Notes: generated by a model not told the origin, from the letters alone. Shown: positions 9,593 through 18,599, counted from the stretch's first letter. The stretch is 32,000 nucleotides of DNA from Erysipelothrix larvae (GCF_001545095.1 NZ_CP013213.1:1740001-1772000); one strand, 5' to 3'. Translations and numbers: made by a program.

Positions 9593-10330
9593 TTAATCCT
9601 TGAATGCGTCAAGAGTCGCCCTTAGTTTTGAAGCGTCAACCCCTTCATAGTCCCCCAGATCACTGTATCGATATGTTACAAAATCCCCTTGTGTTGTGGG
9701 ATCACTAAACCACCCTTTAAAGGAACCGTGCAGTTGAGAGATCCCTGTTTGTTCAATCAAACCACGGGCATTGGATGCATTCACACCCGCTCCAATACAG
9801 AACTCTATGGCATCTGAAAAACGGTCTTTTAGAGCTTTGAGTGTCGCAATGCCTTCAGGGGCACTTGCTTTTAAGCCACTGGTTAAGATTCGATCAACAC
9901 CGCATTCAATTAACCCTTCACAGGCTTCAAAAGAATCTTTGACACAGTCAAAAGCACGGTGAAAGATGGCTTCTTTTTGATATCTGTGACATAGATTCAC
10001 AAAACGTTTCGTGGTGTTTTTATCAATGGTAGCATCTTCATTTAGAAAGCCAAACACCAAGCCATCAGCGCCATGATCTAAGCAGGTCACAGCATCCAAA
10101 TACATTGTTTCAATCTCGGTTTCTGTATAGTGAAACCCGCCTGCACGAACACGAATCATCGTGAGGATTGGGAGTGTGGTCTGTTTCTTTGCGTTCACAA
10201 GCGTTCCTACGGTTGGTGTTAACCCTCCTAAGTGTAACGCACTGTTAAGTTCAATGCGATGTGCATGGCATTGTGTTGCGATTATGCAGTCTTCTACAGA
10301 GCCTGCACAAACTTCAATTAAATGTTTCAT
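9593..10330 (-). CDS. cutC: CutC-family TIM-barrel protein (annotated copper homeostasis protein; true function uncertain)
   Basis: N-terminus IEVCAGSVEDCIIATQCHAHRIELNSALHLGGLTPTVG is the characteristic CutC signature. 245 aa. SD sequence AAGGAGA upstream. Confidence 0.85.
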   Translation of the reverse strand: MKHLIEVCAGSVEDCIIATQCHAHRIELNSALHLGGLTPTVGTLVNAKKQTTLPILTMIRVRAGGFHYTETEIETMYLDAVTCLDHGADGLVFGFLNEDATIDKNTTKRFVNLCHRYQKEAIFHRAFDCVKDSFEACEGLIECGVDRILTSGLKASAPEGIATLKALKDRFSDAIEFCIGAGVNASNARGLIEQTGISQLHGSFKGWFSDPTTQGDFVTYRYSDLGDYEGVDASKLRATLDAFKD

Positions 10331-10341
10331 AGTTGGTCTCC

Positions 10342-11736
10342 TTATTGTGGTGTAATCATTGATTCGGGTCTAAGTGCTTTATCCAGTTCTTCGTGTGTCA
10401 TGAGTCCATGCTCTACAACTACTGTTCTTAAAGACTTGTTTTCTTTCAAGGCTTGTTTTGTAATTTCGGATACTTTTGAGTATCCCAGATACTTGACAAG
10501 TGCGGTTGCCATTGCAAGTGAGTGCTCAACGTAATCATGCACCCGTTCTTTATTGACAGTGAGGTTGTCGATGGCATGAACGCGCAAGGTTCGACAGGCT
10601 TCTTTTAAGATCTCAAAAGACTCAAAGAGATTATAGAAGAGTACGGGTCCAAATACATTGAGTTCCATTTGACCACTTTCTGTAGCCATCATGATGGTTT
10701 GATTGTTTCCAATGACTTGGAAGCATACTTGATTCACAACTTCTGGTATCACAGGGTTCACTTTTCCTGGCATGATGGAACTTCCGGGTTGGCGATCAGG
10801 GAGGTTAATCTCATTGAATCCAACCTTCGGTCCCGATGCCATCATGCGAATGTCATTACATACCCGTGATAGTCCAATTGCAAAGGTATTAAGCGAGCCA
10901 TGAACATAAGCAAAGCTGTCTACGTGTTTGGTGGCATCCACAAGATCATCCGCACTGACAAACGGGCGACCACTGAATTTAGAAAGGTTTGTGACTGCGA
11001 ATTCACGATACCCTCGGATGGAATTAATACCCGTTCCTACAGCGGTTGCGCCAAGATTAATGACTTGAAGTTCTGTTAAAGCATTTTGAAGACGCTTCAT
11101 ATCGCGTTGAATCACTGAGACATAAGAATGAAAGACTTGACCCATTGTAATAAGGACGGCGTCTTGTAGATGTGTGCGCCCCACCTTGATCACATCACCA
11201 TACTCTTTCGCTTTCACTTCAAATGCTTGAGATAAAAGGTCCATCTCCTGAAGTAATAATACCCCTAGATTAATGGCGGTGAGCTTACCTGCGGTTGGAA
11301 TGATATCATTGGTGGATTGAGCACGATTTACGTGGTCATTAGGATGAATGTAATCATAGACTCCAATGGGTTTGTTCAGGATTTGAGCTGCACGATTCGC
11401 GATGACTTCATTGACATTCATATTCATGGACGTGCCTGCACCACCTTGAATTGCATCCGTAATAAAGGCTTCTTTATGTTTCCCTTCAATGATTTCATCA
11501 CACGCTTGCATAATGGCATCACAGCGATCCTTTGATAAGTCAGTGACTTGATAATTCGCGAGTGCGCAGGCCTTTTTTACCTTTGCAAGTGACAGGTACA
11601 TCATATCATTGACACGACGTCCTGTGATTCTAAAATTCTCCATTGCACGAACCGTTTGTGCACCATATAGTGCATCAATGGGTACCTGTACTTCACCTAA
11701 AGAATCCTTTTCGATTCGAATTGTTTGATCATGCAT
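10342..11736 (-). CDS. aspA: Aspartate ammonia-lyase (aspartase)
   Basis: Fumarase/aspartase superfamily with the signature GSSIMPGKVNPVIPE. The VIPE variant is aspartase-type, whereas fumC in this window has PTQIE. The N-terminus IRIEKDSLGEVQVP is AspA-like. Confidence 0.88.
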   Translation of the reverse strand: MHDQTIRIEKDSLGEVQVPIDALYGAQTVRAMENFRITGRRVNDMMYLSLAKVKKACALANYQVTDLSKDRCDAIMQACDEIIEGKHKEAFITDAIQGGAGTSMNMNVNEVIANRAAQILNKPIGVYDYIHPNDHVNRAQSTNDIIPTAGKLTAINLGVLLLQEMDLLSQAFEVKAKEYGDVIKVGRTHLQDAVLITMGQVFHSYVSVIQRDMKRLQNALTELQVINLGATAVGTGINSIRGYREFAVTNLSKFSGRPFVSADDLVDATKHVDSFAYVHGSLNTFAIGLSRVCNDIRMMASGPKVGFNEINLPDRQPGSSIMPGKVNPVIPEVVNQVCFQVIGNNQTIMMATESGQMELNVFGPVLFYNLFESFEILKEACRTLRVHAIDNLTVNKERVHDYVEHSLAMATALVKYLGYSKVSEITKQALKENKSLRTVVVEHGLMTHEELDKALRPESMITPQ

Positions 11737-11862
11737 AGATTTTCTTTAAACCCCTATCTTTCTTTATGATTTAAACATTTGATTTGTGTGATTCAGTCAT
11801 TCACACACTTTAAATTTATTTTATCACACACTATCATTGTTTGGTTTTATTCCTGTAAGTTT

Positions 11863-14148
11863 TTAATCTATAAATATTTGGCGTATCCAGGGATTGTTGA
11901 TGGCATTCACCTGATATCCACTGGTACTCCATAAAGTAATACGATTTTTTATAATTGCGATAAAGGGCAGGACATTCGCATCTAGATGATTGGCTTGTAT
12001 GATTTGGTGCAGCCAATGTTTGTCCCATTGTGTATGTACCTGAGTATTTGAAATCACACCCTTAAGTTTTTGAATCATCTCATGATTTGGATTACCTATA
12101 TTATAAAGATGAAGTGAAAAAGATTGTCCATTCAAAACATCGCTTATTTCAATGAGTTCGTTGATAATGTGCTGGGTTGGTTCTTCATCAACCTGCCCAA
12201 AACAAAGAATTGAAAGTGTGTTATCCCAAGATTCATCCAAGTATAATCGCATATCAGTATTCTCAAATGCTCCATTGTATGAACGTTTTGGAACACTTAC
12301 CTCAAGATTTAAATCCTGTGTGAGTGATATGGGAACAACCTTACCAATCACGGACCCATCTGGATAGCGTTTCGAAAGAGTCAACACATAATCCCCTTGT
12401 TCATAATAGGAAATGGGCTGATCTAAATCAAAGTTTCCCGATTCACTGATCAAAGAAAACGGAGATAATGCAATGTTAAGGAGTTTATCTTGTGTTTCTA
12501 TGCTTAGTTCATAGCTCAAATGACCACCAAGAGGTTCAAATTTACCTCGATTATAAACTTCCAAAGTCTGACTATGTCGATTTAAACGCGTTGGATACCC
12601 CTTTACACGACATATCATCGTAATCAGATGGAGCTTATCATTGAGTGTCCCTCGCTTTCTTTTCAACATCACTTCAAAGGGTAAAATCGTGTCTTCCATG
12701 AAATAATCACATGGACCACTATCCCAATTCATGATTTCTTGATAGATTTGCTGAGGGGTAGAGAAAGGAAACTGAACCAATGCTTCTGTATTAAAAGTAA
12801 GGTCTTCATGGCTAACACGTGGATTCAACAGTGCACTTTGGAAAATATCTGATGGCACTGACTTCTTCCACTTTTGGACAACCTTTGCATAATCAATCAG
12901 TACCTGCGCATCAAAGTCAAAGAGATCTTTTTGAGTCAAACAAGCTTTCACTTGATTTGCATATGGTTCACCCAATGCTTCTTTTAAGCGTTGATGTGCT
13001 TTTGTATTGACTATTTCTGGTTTTATGGCTTCCATACGCTTATGATATTGGTTCAAGTTTTGATTCTTGATAGTTTTGTACAGAGTTTGTTTTTTTTCAT
13101 CAGAAGTATCATAAGGAATTGTTTCCTTGAAAGGTACTTGAATCAAGTTGAATCCTATGTCACTTAACAAGTCTGTTTCATTGATTTCAACGACCATATC
13201 TCGTGCTGCTATTTCTTTAAGATATATCTTGTGATTGGTCTGTACTCTTACAAAACAATCACCATATCCGATTTCAACCGTTGCTTTATTATCTTGTACC
13301 TTTAACGTGGCGACATTTCTTAAGATTCCATAATTGAGTATTGCGATTGAGATTTCGTGACAATCCTTTAAACCAACATAAATCGTGAGATTACGTGTCT
13401 TTGTGTAATGGTGGGTGACATTAATTTTGGTATGAATCCCGCGTTTTTCTACAATTGCTTCGTCTTGAGTAAGATTTGAAAATTGATTGGTTCTTAGGAT
13501 GAGCGAACGCGATGCACTGGGTGTAAACCACGCATTGTTGAACTCTTTGGCACTGTCACCTGCACTAAGGTATTGCCATGCCCCATTTACATAAACTTCA
13601 ACCCATGCATGTCGATCATCACAATGTGACCACCACGGCGCATAGATTTGTCGTGCAGGAATTCCCACCGATCGATACGCATGCACCAAGAACGTTGACT
13701 TTTCGCCACACCTACCAATCCCACTCTTTAATGTCAAAGATGGGTTCTGGGTTCTCGCATCCGTACTTCGATATTGCACCATACTAATCATCCAAGTATT
13801 AATCGCAAAAATAGTGTCAACACAGTCATCACAACAGATCGGTTTTAACAACTCATAAAATGTGTTTCGAGATGCGTCAAGTGTTTCATTATTGATGCGT
13901 GGTTGGACTACATAGTCTAAGTATATTTGTTCAGGTACTTCTTGAGCATATTTCGACTTTATAAAGTAACTGTGCTGTACAAAATCATCCAACTGATCTT
14001 GTGTAATTCCTAAGTCATTATCCATCAAATACGCAAGTATGTATTTCGCGTACAATACTTCTTGGTCGCAATAAGAATCGAAGGACAATGCCTTATATTC
14101 ATGTTTTCGTTTCTCGTAATCAGCGTTAATTTGATGAACTATCTCCAT
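11863..14148 (-). CDS. Large cytoplasmic transglutaminase-core (PNGase-like) cysteine hydrolase domain protein
   Basis: Block GIGRCGEKSTFLVHAYRSVGIPARQIY...DRHAWVEVYVNGAWQYLSAGD gives a Cys-His-Asp arrangement: Cys codon 13708-13710, His 13609-13611, Asp 13555-13557. No signal peptide. The ATG at 14148 is preferred (GAGGTG 6 nt upstream) over the GTG at 14157. Confidence 0.8.
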   Translation of the reverse strand: MEIVHQINADYEKRKHEYKALSFDSYCDQEVLYAKYILAYLMDNDLGITQDQLDDFVQHSYFIKSKYAQEVPEQIYLDYVVQPRINNETLDASRNTFYELLKPICCDDCVDTIFAINTWMISMVQYRSTDARTQNPSLTLKSGIGRCGEKSTFLVHAYRSVGIPARQIYAPWWSHCDDRHAWVEVYVNGAWQYLSAGDSAKEFNNAWFTPSASRSLILRTNQFSNLTQDEAIVEKRGIHTKINVTHHYTKTRNLTIYVGLKDCHEISIAILNYGILRNVATLKVQDNKATVEIGYGDCFVRVQTNHKIYLKEIAARDMVVEINETDLLSDIGFNLIQVPFKETIPYDTSDEKKQTLYKTIKNQNLNQYHKRMEAIKPEIVNTKAHQRLKEALGEPYANQVKACLTQKDLFDFDAQVLIDYAKVVQKWKKSVPSDIFQSALLNPRVSHEDLTFNTEALVQFPFSTPQQIYQEIMNWDSGPCDYFMEDTILPFEVMLKRKRGTLNDKLHLITMICRVKGYPTRLNRHSQTLEVYNRGKFEPLGGHLSYELSIETQDKLLNIALSPFSLISESGNFDLDQPISYYEQGDYVLTLSKRYPDGSVIGKVVPISLTQDLNLEVSVPKRSYNGAFENTDMRLYLDESWDNTLSILCFGQVDEEPTQHIINELIEISDVLNGQSFSLHLYNIGNPNHEMIQKLKGVISNTQVHTQWDKHWLHQIIQANHLDANVLPFIAIIKNRITLWSTSGYQVNAINNPWIRQIFID

Positions 14149-14213
14149 GTGAATCACCTCTACGAAAATTATACGATAATCTTCTCTTAAAAAAAGGGAT
14201 TAATTCAGCACGT

Positions 14214-14256
14214 ACTTAGGAAATGAATACCTTAAACTCAATAAAAAATTTCCTAA
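14214..14256. promoter_or_regulatory. Inverted pair of the ATTTCCTAA motif in the divergent promoter region between the transglutaminase-like operon and the PRD regulator
   Basis: TTAGGAAAT at 14216-14224 and ATTTCCTAA at 14248-14256 are perfect reverse complements, 32 bp centre to centre. Each copy points toward its flanking gene. TATAAT boxes lie at 14291-14296 (+) and 14168-14173 (-). Confidence 0.45.
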
Positions 14257-14329
14257 ATGCTTCGCACAAACATAACTAAAAGTATTCCAATATAATGATA
14301 AAATTAAAGTGTGTGGAAAGGGGGATATA

Positions 14330-16249
14330 ATGAATCGACGACAAAAACAAATTCTATCGATTCTTACTGCCTCAAAAGACTGGGTTCGTGGTGTCGAATT
14401 ATCAAAACGTTTAGACGTTACCGATCGTACAATTCGTTCCGACATTGAAAAAATAAACAGTGAGTTGGGAAATGTAGTGGAATCAAATACACGTAAAGGT
14501 TATCGACTATCACAGACCAGTGATCTTGGTAATGTATTAGTTGAACAAAAAAATCAAATCCCACAGACACCAGAAGAGCGCACGTTTTATATCATCAAAA
14601 AACTACTCTTTTTAAATCGTCCCATTCGTATTTTTGACTTACAAGAAGAATTATTTGTAAGTGATTATACAATTGAAACGGACCTAAAAAGAATTCGGAA
14701 ATTGATTAAACCTTATAAGGGAATACGACTGGTGAGGACACATAACAATATTTTCTTCGAGAGTAATGAATATACAAAGAGGAAATTATATCGAGACCTG
14801 ATTAACAGTGAGATTCATGGTAATTTTATGAACCTTAACAAAATTGCTTCTCAACATGACAAATTCAACTTAATCAGCGTTACCAAGCTTCTCCAGGAAG
14901 TGATGGAGTCTTATGATTACCAAATGAGAGATTCTACATTACCGCTAATTGTTCTACATATTGGAATTATGACGGAACGGATGATATTAGGTCATAACTT
15001 GCCACCAGATCTGTCAAAACTAGAACGCGTTGATACTCAATCGGAAGAATATAAGATTGCAGTGGAGTTTTTAGAACGACTTTCTAAAATCTTGCCAATT
15101 CGATACAACGATTGGGAAATTTATGAAGTCGTAGCACTTTTGTTAGGTTATAAAAACCCAACCAACACTGTATCACATGTTCAAATCAAGGGAGAAATAT
15201 ATTCGGTAACACAATGTATTCAAGATATTATTACATACCTCGATATACACTTTGACATAGATTTAAAGAATGACGATGATTTCAAATCGGGCATTCACCT
15301 TCACTTACAGTCGCTTTTTTACCGAATAGAGAATGGTATCGAGATTCAGAACACTTACCTACAAGAAGTTAAGATGTCCTATCCCATGATTTTTGAAATG
15401 GCAATTCATGTAGCACGACTCATCAGCGATTACTTTGGTATCGTGATATCAGAAGCAGAAACGGGATTCATCGCCATACATTTAGGCACTGCTTATGAGC
15501 GTAATATTGCCAGCTCAAAATATCGTGCTATGCTAATTACATCCAGTAATCAAGCATTCTCCAAAGTAACAAAAGAAAAATTAGATGGACGCTTTAATGA
15601 TAGAATGGACATCGTTTCAATTTCGAGTTATTTTGAAATAAAAGAAATCGAAGAAAGCAACGTCGACATATTAATTTGTGTGACTCAAATTGAACACTCA
15701 CTCGATATCCCTACCGTTAAGATTTCAATGTTCGTCAATACAGAAGATGAAGCAAATGTCTTCAATCTTTTGAATCAACTTGATAAAAGACGATCTAAGC
15801 TTCAATTTGCGCATTGCTTATCAGGTCTCATTGAAGATCAATTCTTTTATACAAACGAATCCTGGCAAACACCTGAAGAAGTCATTGAATCAATGTCAAA
15901 TAATCTCTTTACACATCAAAGCTTTCTTGAGTCGTTTAAAGAGTCTGTATTAGAACGCGAGAAATATGCAGCGACATCATTTGAAATAGGACTTGCGACA
16001 CCGCATCCGATTGTCTTTGAAAGCTCAACCTCGCACATATCAATCGCGACTTTAGAGAAACCTGTTAAATGGGGAAGTTATGAGGTTCACCTTGTAATTC
16101 TCTTAGCAATCTCTCACCATGACCGTGAGACATTAGAAGCCTTCTTTAGTTGGCTCAGCAATGCAATATCAAACCAGTCAAAGTTTGATAAACTGATTAA
16201 CTCGAAAAATAGAGATGAGTTCGTTTACTGGATGTTGGAGGATATGTAA
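14330..16249 (+). CDS. PRD-domain transcriptional regulator (HTH + 2 PRD + EIIB-like + EIIA-like; MtlR/LicR/ManR architecture)
   Basis: N-terminal winged-helix segment QKQILSILTASKDWVRGVELSKRLDVTDRTIRSDIEKIN. Size and central/C-terminal layout are typical of PTS-controlled activators. The ATG at 14330 has GGAAAGGGGG upstream; the ORF-track start at 14309 is a GTG without an SD. Confidence 0.85.
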   Translation: MNRRQKQILSILTASKDWVRGVELSKRLDVTDRTIRSDIEKINSELGNVVESNTRKGYRLSQTSDLGNVLVEQKNQIPQTPEERTFYIIKKLLFLNRPIRIFDLQEELFVSDYTIETDLKRIRKLIKPYKGIRLVRTHNNIFFESNEYTKRKLYRDLINSEIHGNFMNLNKIASQHDKFNLISVTKLLQEVMESYDYQMRDSTLPLIVLHIGIMTERMILGHNLPPDLSKLERVDTQSEEYKIAVEFLERLSKILPIRYNDWEIYEVVALLLGYKNPTNTVSHVQIKGEIYSVTQCIQDIITYLDIHFDIDLKNDDDFKSGIHLHLQSLFYRIENGIEIQNTYLQEVKMSYPMIFEMAIHVARLISDYFGIVISEAETGFIAIHLGTAYERNIASSKYRAMLITSSNQAFSKVTKEKLDGRFNDRMDIVSISSYFEIKEIEESNVDILICVTQIEHSLDIPTVKISMFVNTEDEANVFNLLNQLDKRRSKLQFAHCLSGLIEDQFFYTNESWQTPEEVIESMSNNLFTHQSFLESFKESVLEREKYAATSFEIGLATPHPIVFESSTSHISIATLEKPVKWGSYEVHLVILLAISHHDRETLEAFFSWLSNAISNQSKFDKLINSKNRDEFVYWMLEDM

Positions 16250-16590
16250 TGACACTCGAAAAGATACAAGAAATTGGAATGATGATGATTTCTAAAATTG
16301 GACTTGCGAAATCTAACTATGTGGAATCGCTCAGCGAATCACGCGAAGGGAACTTTGAACGCGCAAAACAGCTGATTCAAGAAGCAGACCTGCTAAAGAT
16401 TGAAGCACACACAGAACACTTTGGATTGATTCAGTTGGAAGCTTCAGGTAACCAGCTCCCATTCAGTCTCATTCTTATGCATGCTGAAGATCAACTCTTA
16501 ACCTGTGAGGTGTTTCATAAAATAGCACTTGAACACATCACATTATATACACGGATTAAGAAACTTGAGGATGTCATCATTAAGGACTAA
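16249..16590 (+). CDS. PTS lactose/cellobiose-family EIIA (divergent active-site context)
   Basis: 113-aa helical protein with IEAHTEHFGLIQLEASG...LILMHAEDQLLT, corresponding to the AHxxQT...HAQDHLM blocks. Its start overlaps the regulator stop (TAATG). Confidence 0.75.
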   Translation: MTLEKIQEIGMMMISKIGLAKSNYVESLSESREGNFERAKQLIQEADLLKIEAHTEHFGLIQLEASGNQLPFSLILMHAEDQLLTCEVFHKIALEHITLYTRIKKLEDVIIKD

Positions 16591-16601
16591 AGTCTACAAG
16601 A

Positions 16602-16628
16602 AAAGCCGTTTGATACGGCTTTTTCTTT
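16602..16628 (+). terminator. Rho-independent terminator after regulator-EIIA
   Basis: AAAGCCGT ttgat ACGGCTTT stem-loop followed by TTTCTTT. Confidence 0.8.
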
Positions 16629-16663
16629 AGCACCATAAACTTATGGGAGGAACTATATAAAGC

Positions 16664-16690
16664 AAAAAACAGCAAACGCTGCTTTTTGTT
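16664..16690 (-). terminator. Weak A-run/short stem/T-run element downstream of the GrdB-like gene
   Basis: AAAAAACAGCaaacGCTGCTTTTT has only a 4-bp GC core, extendable by A-U pairs. It lies between convergent units. Confidence 0.3.
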
Positions 16691-16701
16691 TGAGGTAAAC
16701 A

Positions 16702-17223
16702 TCAATATAGGTACATGCTTAACGCTTCAAGTGAATGATTTGACCCAACATATTTCGCAATTTGAACCATATGATGAAGGGACTCATTCAGTCCCACTCC
16801 ACCTTTCTTTGGCATTTTCACCATCACAATCTTATCTTTATATTCTTCAATAGTTTCGTGATTCTTTTCAGGAGCACAGCATACAATAGCTCTACACTCT
16901 GAGTTTTTATTAATATACTCTGCTAAGTGGCATGCGGTTTGTGTGTAACGATCATAATCATAAGTAGGCCCGCAGATTACAACTTCTGCTTTAACCTTTT
17001 GAATCAAATTCACGACCTTTTCACAACATTCTTGTTTATTGTCTTCAAAGAAATCAGCACCTGCATACATGGTAGCAACTAAAGCTAATCCTTCTTGTTT
17101 GAAATATTTTTCAAACATTGCGTATGAACCGATCCCCCCTTTTTCAACACTAAGCGGTACATCGGTATGTTCTTTTCCACCTTTACCAGCTTGAATTTGA
17201 TCAAAGAATAATAGTGTTCTCAC
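16702..17223 (-). CDS. Short homolog of the N-terminal domain of glycine/sarcosine/betaine reductase component B (GrdB/PrdB family), last gene of a PTS operon
   Basis: Three blocks resemble GrdB as I recall it: LLFFDQIQAGKGGKEHT (GrdB VHYINQFFAGIGGEEKA), VVICGPTYDYDRYTQTACH (GrdB IAGPAFNAGRYGVACG) and IVMVKMPKKGGVGLNESL. GTG start at 17223 with AAGGGGGG 7 nt upstream. TGA stop. Confidence 0.6.
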   Translation of the reverse strand: MRTLLFFDQIQAGKGGKEHTDVPLSVEKGGIGSYAMFEKYFKQEGLALVATMYAGADFFEDNKQECCEKVVNLIQKVKAEVVICGPTYDYDRYTQTACHLAEYINKNSECRAIVCCAPEKNHETIEEYKDKIVMVKMPKKGGVGLNESLHHMVQIAKYVGSNHSLEALSMYLY

Positions 17224-17240
17224 TATAAGTCCCCCCTTTG

Positions 17241-18596
17241 TTAATCAAAGGAAATATCTGAAAGCGAGATATCATCAAGTTCATCTGTTTCGCTTTCCAA
17301 TCCTTTAGTTTCTTCCTCTAGATATTGTTTATCTAACACTTTGAAGAACGGATAATACACCAGAATACCTAATATTAACAGGAATATTTGGAAAAACGCT
17401 GCTTTAAAGCTTCCGGTCGCAAGCCATCCAGAGAAGAAGATTGGCATCGTCCATGGAATTGAAATCCCAAATGTCCGAGGAATCAACCCTATTGCAGTAG
17501 CAATATATCCAAGTGAAATATTCATAACAGGAACTAATATAAACGGTACTAGAATGATTGGGTTTAATACTACTGGAAGCCCGAAGATAACCATTTCATT
17601 AACTCCAAAGATTCCTGGAACAATCGATAACCGACCAAGTTGTTTTAGACGTTGTGACTTCGCAAAGAATAGCATACAGATAACCAAGGATAACGTTGAT
17701 CCTCCACCACCATAATTTCCAAAGAAATCAGAGAATGACGCAGTATAGATATTTGGAAGGTCTGCTTTCATTCCAAACTCTAGGAAAACGCTGAGGTTCT
17801 CTTGAGTTAATACTGTGGTGATTGGACTAAATACAGTATTGGTTACTGCAGGTCCATTGATTCCAAAGAACCAAAACAATGTAGAGAAGAATTGATATAA
17901 TACAGGGAATATTGGCAAGCGACCTAGACCCATTAATGGTGCTTGTAGAACTTCCATAATCATATCGTGGGCAAAGTTATATGATGTTAAGGATACGCCA
18001 ATTCTTAGTAAGAAAAAGAATGTCATTGAGAAGAATGCTGGAATTAATGCACTGAATGACATCGCAACCATTGGGGGTACACCAGCAGGCATTTTAATGA
18101 CCCACCCTTTTTTCTCAATTTTATTAAAGATCAGTACGCTCACAATCGCACAAATCATTCCTAAGAACAATCCACTCGATCCTAAATTTGAATAAGCGAA
18201 ACCAGAGAATGATTTCCCTGCATCGTTGACAAAGTTTGGATGACTTTGTGGGGTTAGAATTAGGAAACTTACAAGTGCAACAATTCCACCGACCATTCCT
18301 TCACTACCAAGCTCACGTGCATAAACATATCCAATACAAATGACATTGATCATTGCGAGTAAACTAAAGGTTGCTCCTGACACTGCCCCTAAGTACGTGG
18401 ACCAGTTTTCACCAAAGATACTTGCCATGAACTCTGAATACCCATTGATTGGGAAATTTTGGATGAGCAAGAAAACAGATGCTCCGATGATTAATGGGGT
18501 TGAAATCAAGAACCCATCACGAATAGCAATTAACACCTTATTGTTATTGAGTTTCTCGGCGATTGGTCCAAGAACATTTTCCAATTTATCTAACAT
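17241..18596 (-). CDS. PTS lactose/cellobiose-family EIIC permease (copy 2)
   Basis: 451 aa and polytopic. LIAIRDGFLISTPLIIGASVFLL and GVNEMVIFGLPVVLNP blocks. Acidic C-terminal tail. Starts 3 nt after the EIIB stop. Confidence 0.9.
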   Translation of the reverse strand: MLDKLENVLGPIAEKLNNNKVLIAIRDGFLISTPLIIGASVFLLIQNFPINGYSEFMASIFGENWSTYLGAVSGATFSLLAMINVICIGYVYARELGSEGMVGGIVALVSFLILTPQSHPNFVNDAGKSFSGFAYSNLGSSGLFLGMICAIVSVLIFNKIEKKGWVIKMPAGVPPMVAMSFSALIPAFFSMTFFFLLRIGVSLTSYNFAHDMIMEVLQAPLMGLGRLPIFPVLYQFFSTLFWFFGINGPAVTNTVFSPITTVLTQENLSVFLEFGMKADLPNIYTASFSDFFGNYGGGGSTLSLVICMLFFAKSQRLKQLGRLSIVPGIFGVNEMVIFGLPVVLNPIILVPFILVPVMNISLGYIATAIGLIPRTFGISIPWTMPIFFSGWLATGSFKAAFFQIFLLILGILVYYPFFKVLDKQYLEEETKGLESETDELDDISLSDISFD

Positions 18597-18599
18597 AAT

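Noticed and set aside
14168-14173. TATAAT (minus strand) as the -10 box of the transglutaminase-like operon.
   Set aside because: It is only about 20 nt upstream of the preferred ATG, which would put the transcription start on top of the SD. There is no -35 element. I left it as a note rather than a feature.
14200-14445. 81-aa minus-strand ORF spanning the divergent promoter and the 5' end of the regulator gene.
   Set aside because: It overlaps the well-supported regulator CDS and the promoter/motif region, with no SD. It is most likely a chance ORF.
16627-16704. Possible selenocysteine read-through of the TGA stop of the GrdB-like gene, since GrdB-family proteins are selenoproteins.
   Set aside because: Read-through adds only 24 codons (CLPQTKSSVCCFLLYIVPPISLWC) before a TAA, and it runs through an A-run/stem/T-run terminator-like element. 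The Sec of genuine GrdB lies far downstream in a domain that is absent here. TGA is also an ordinary stop. There is no convincing SECIS-like hairpin.
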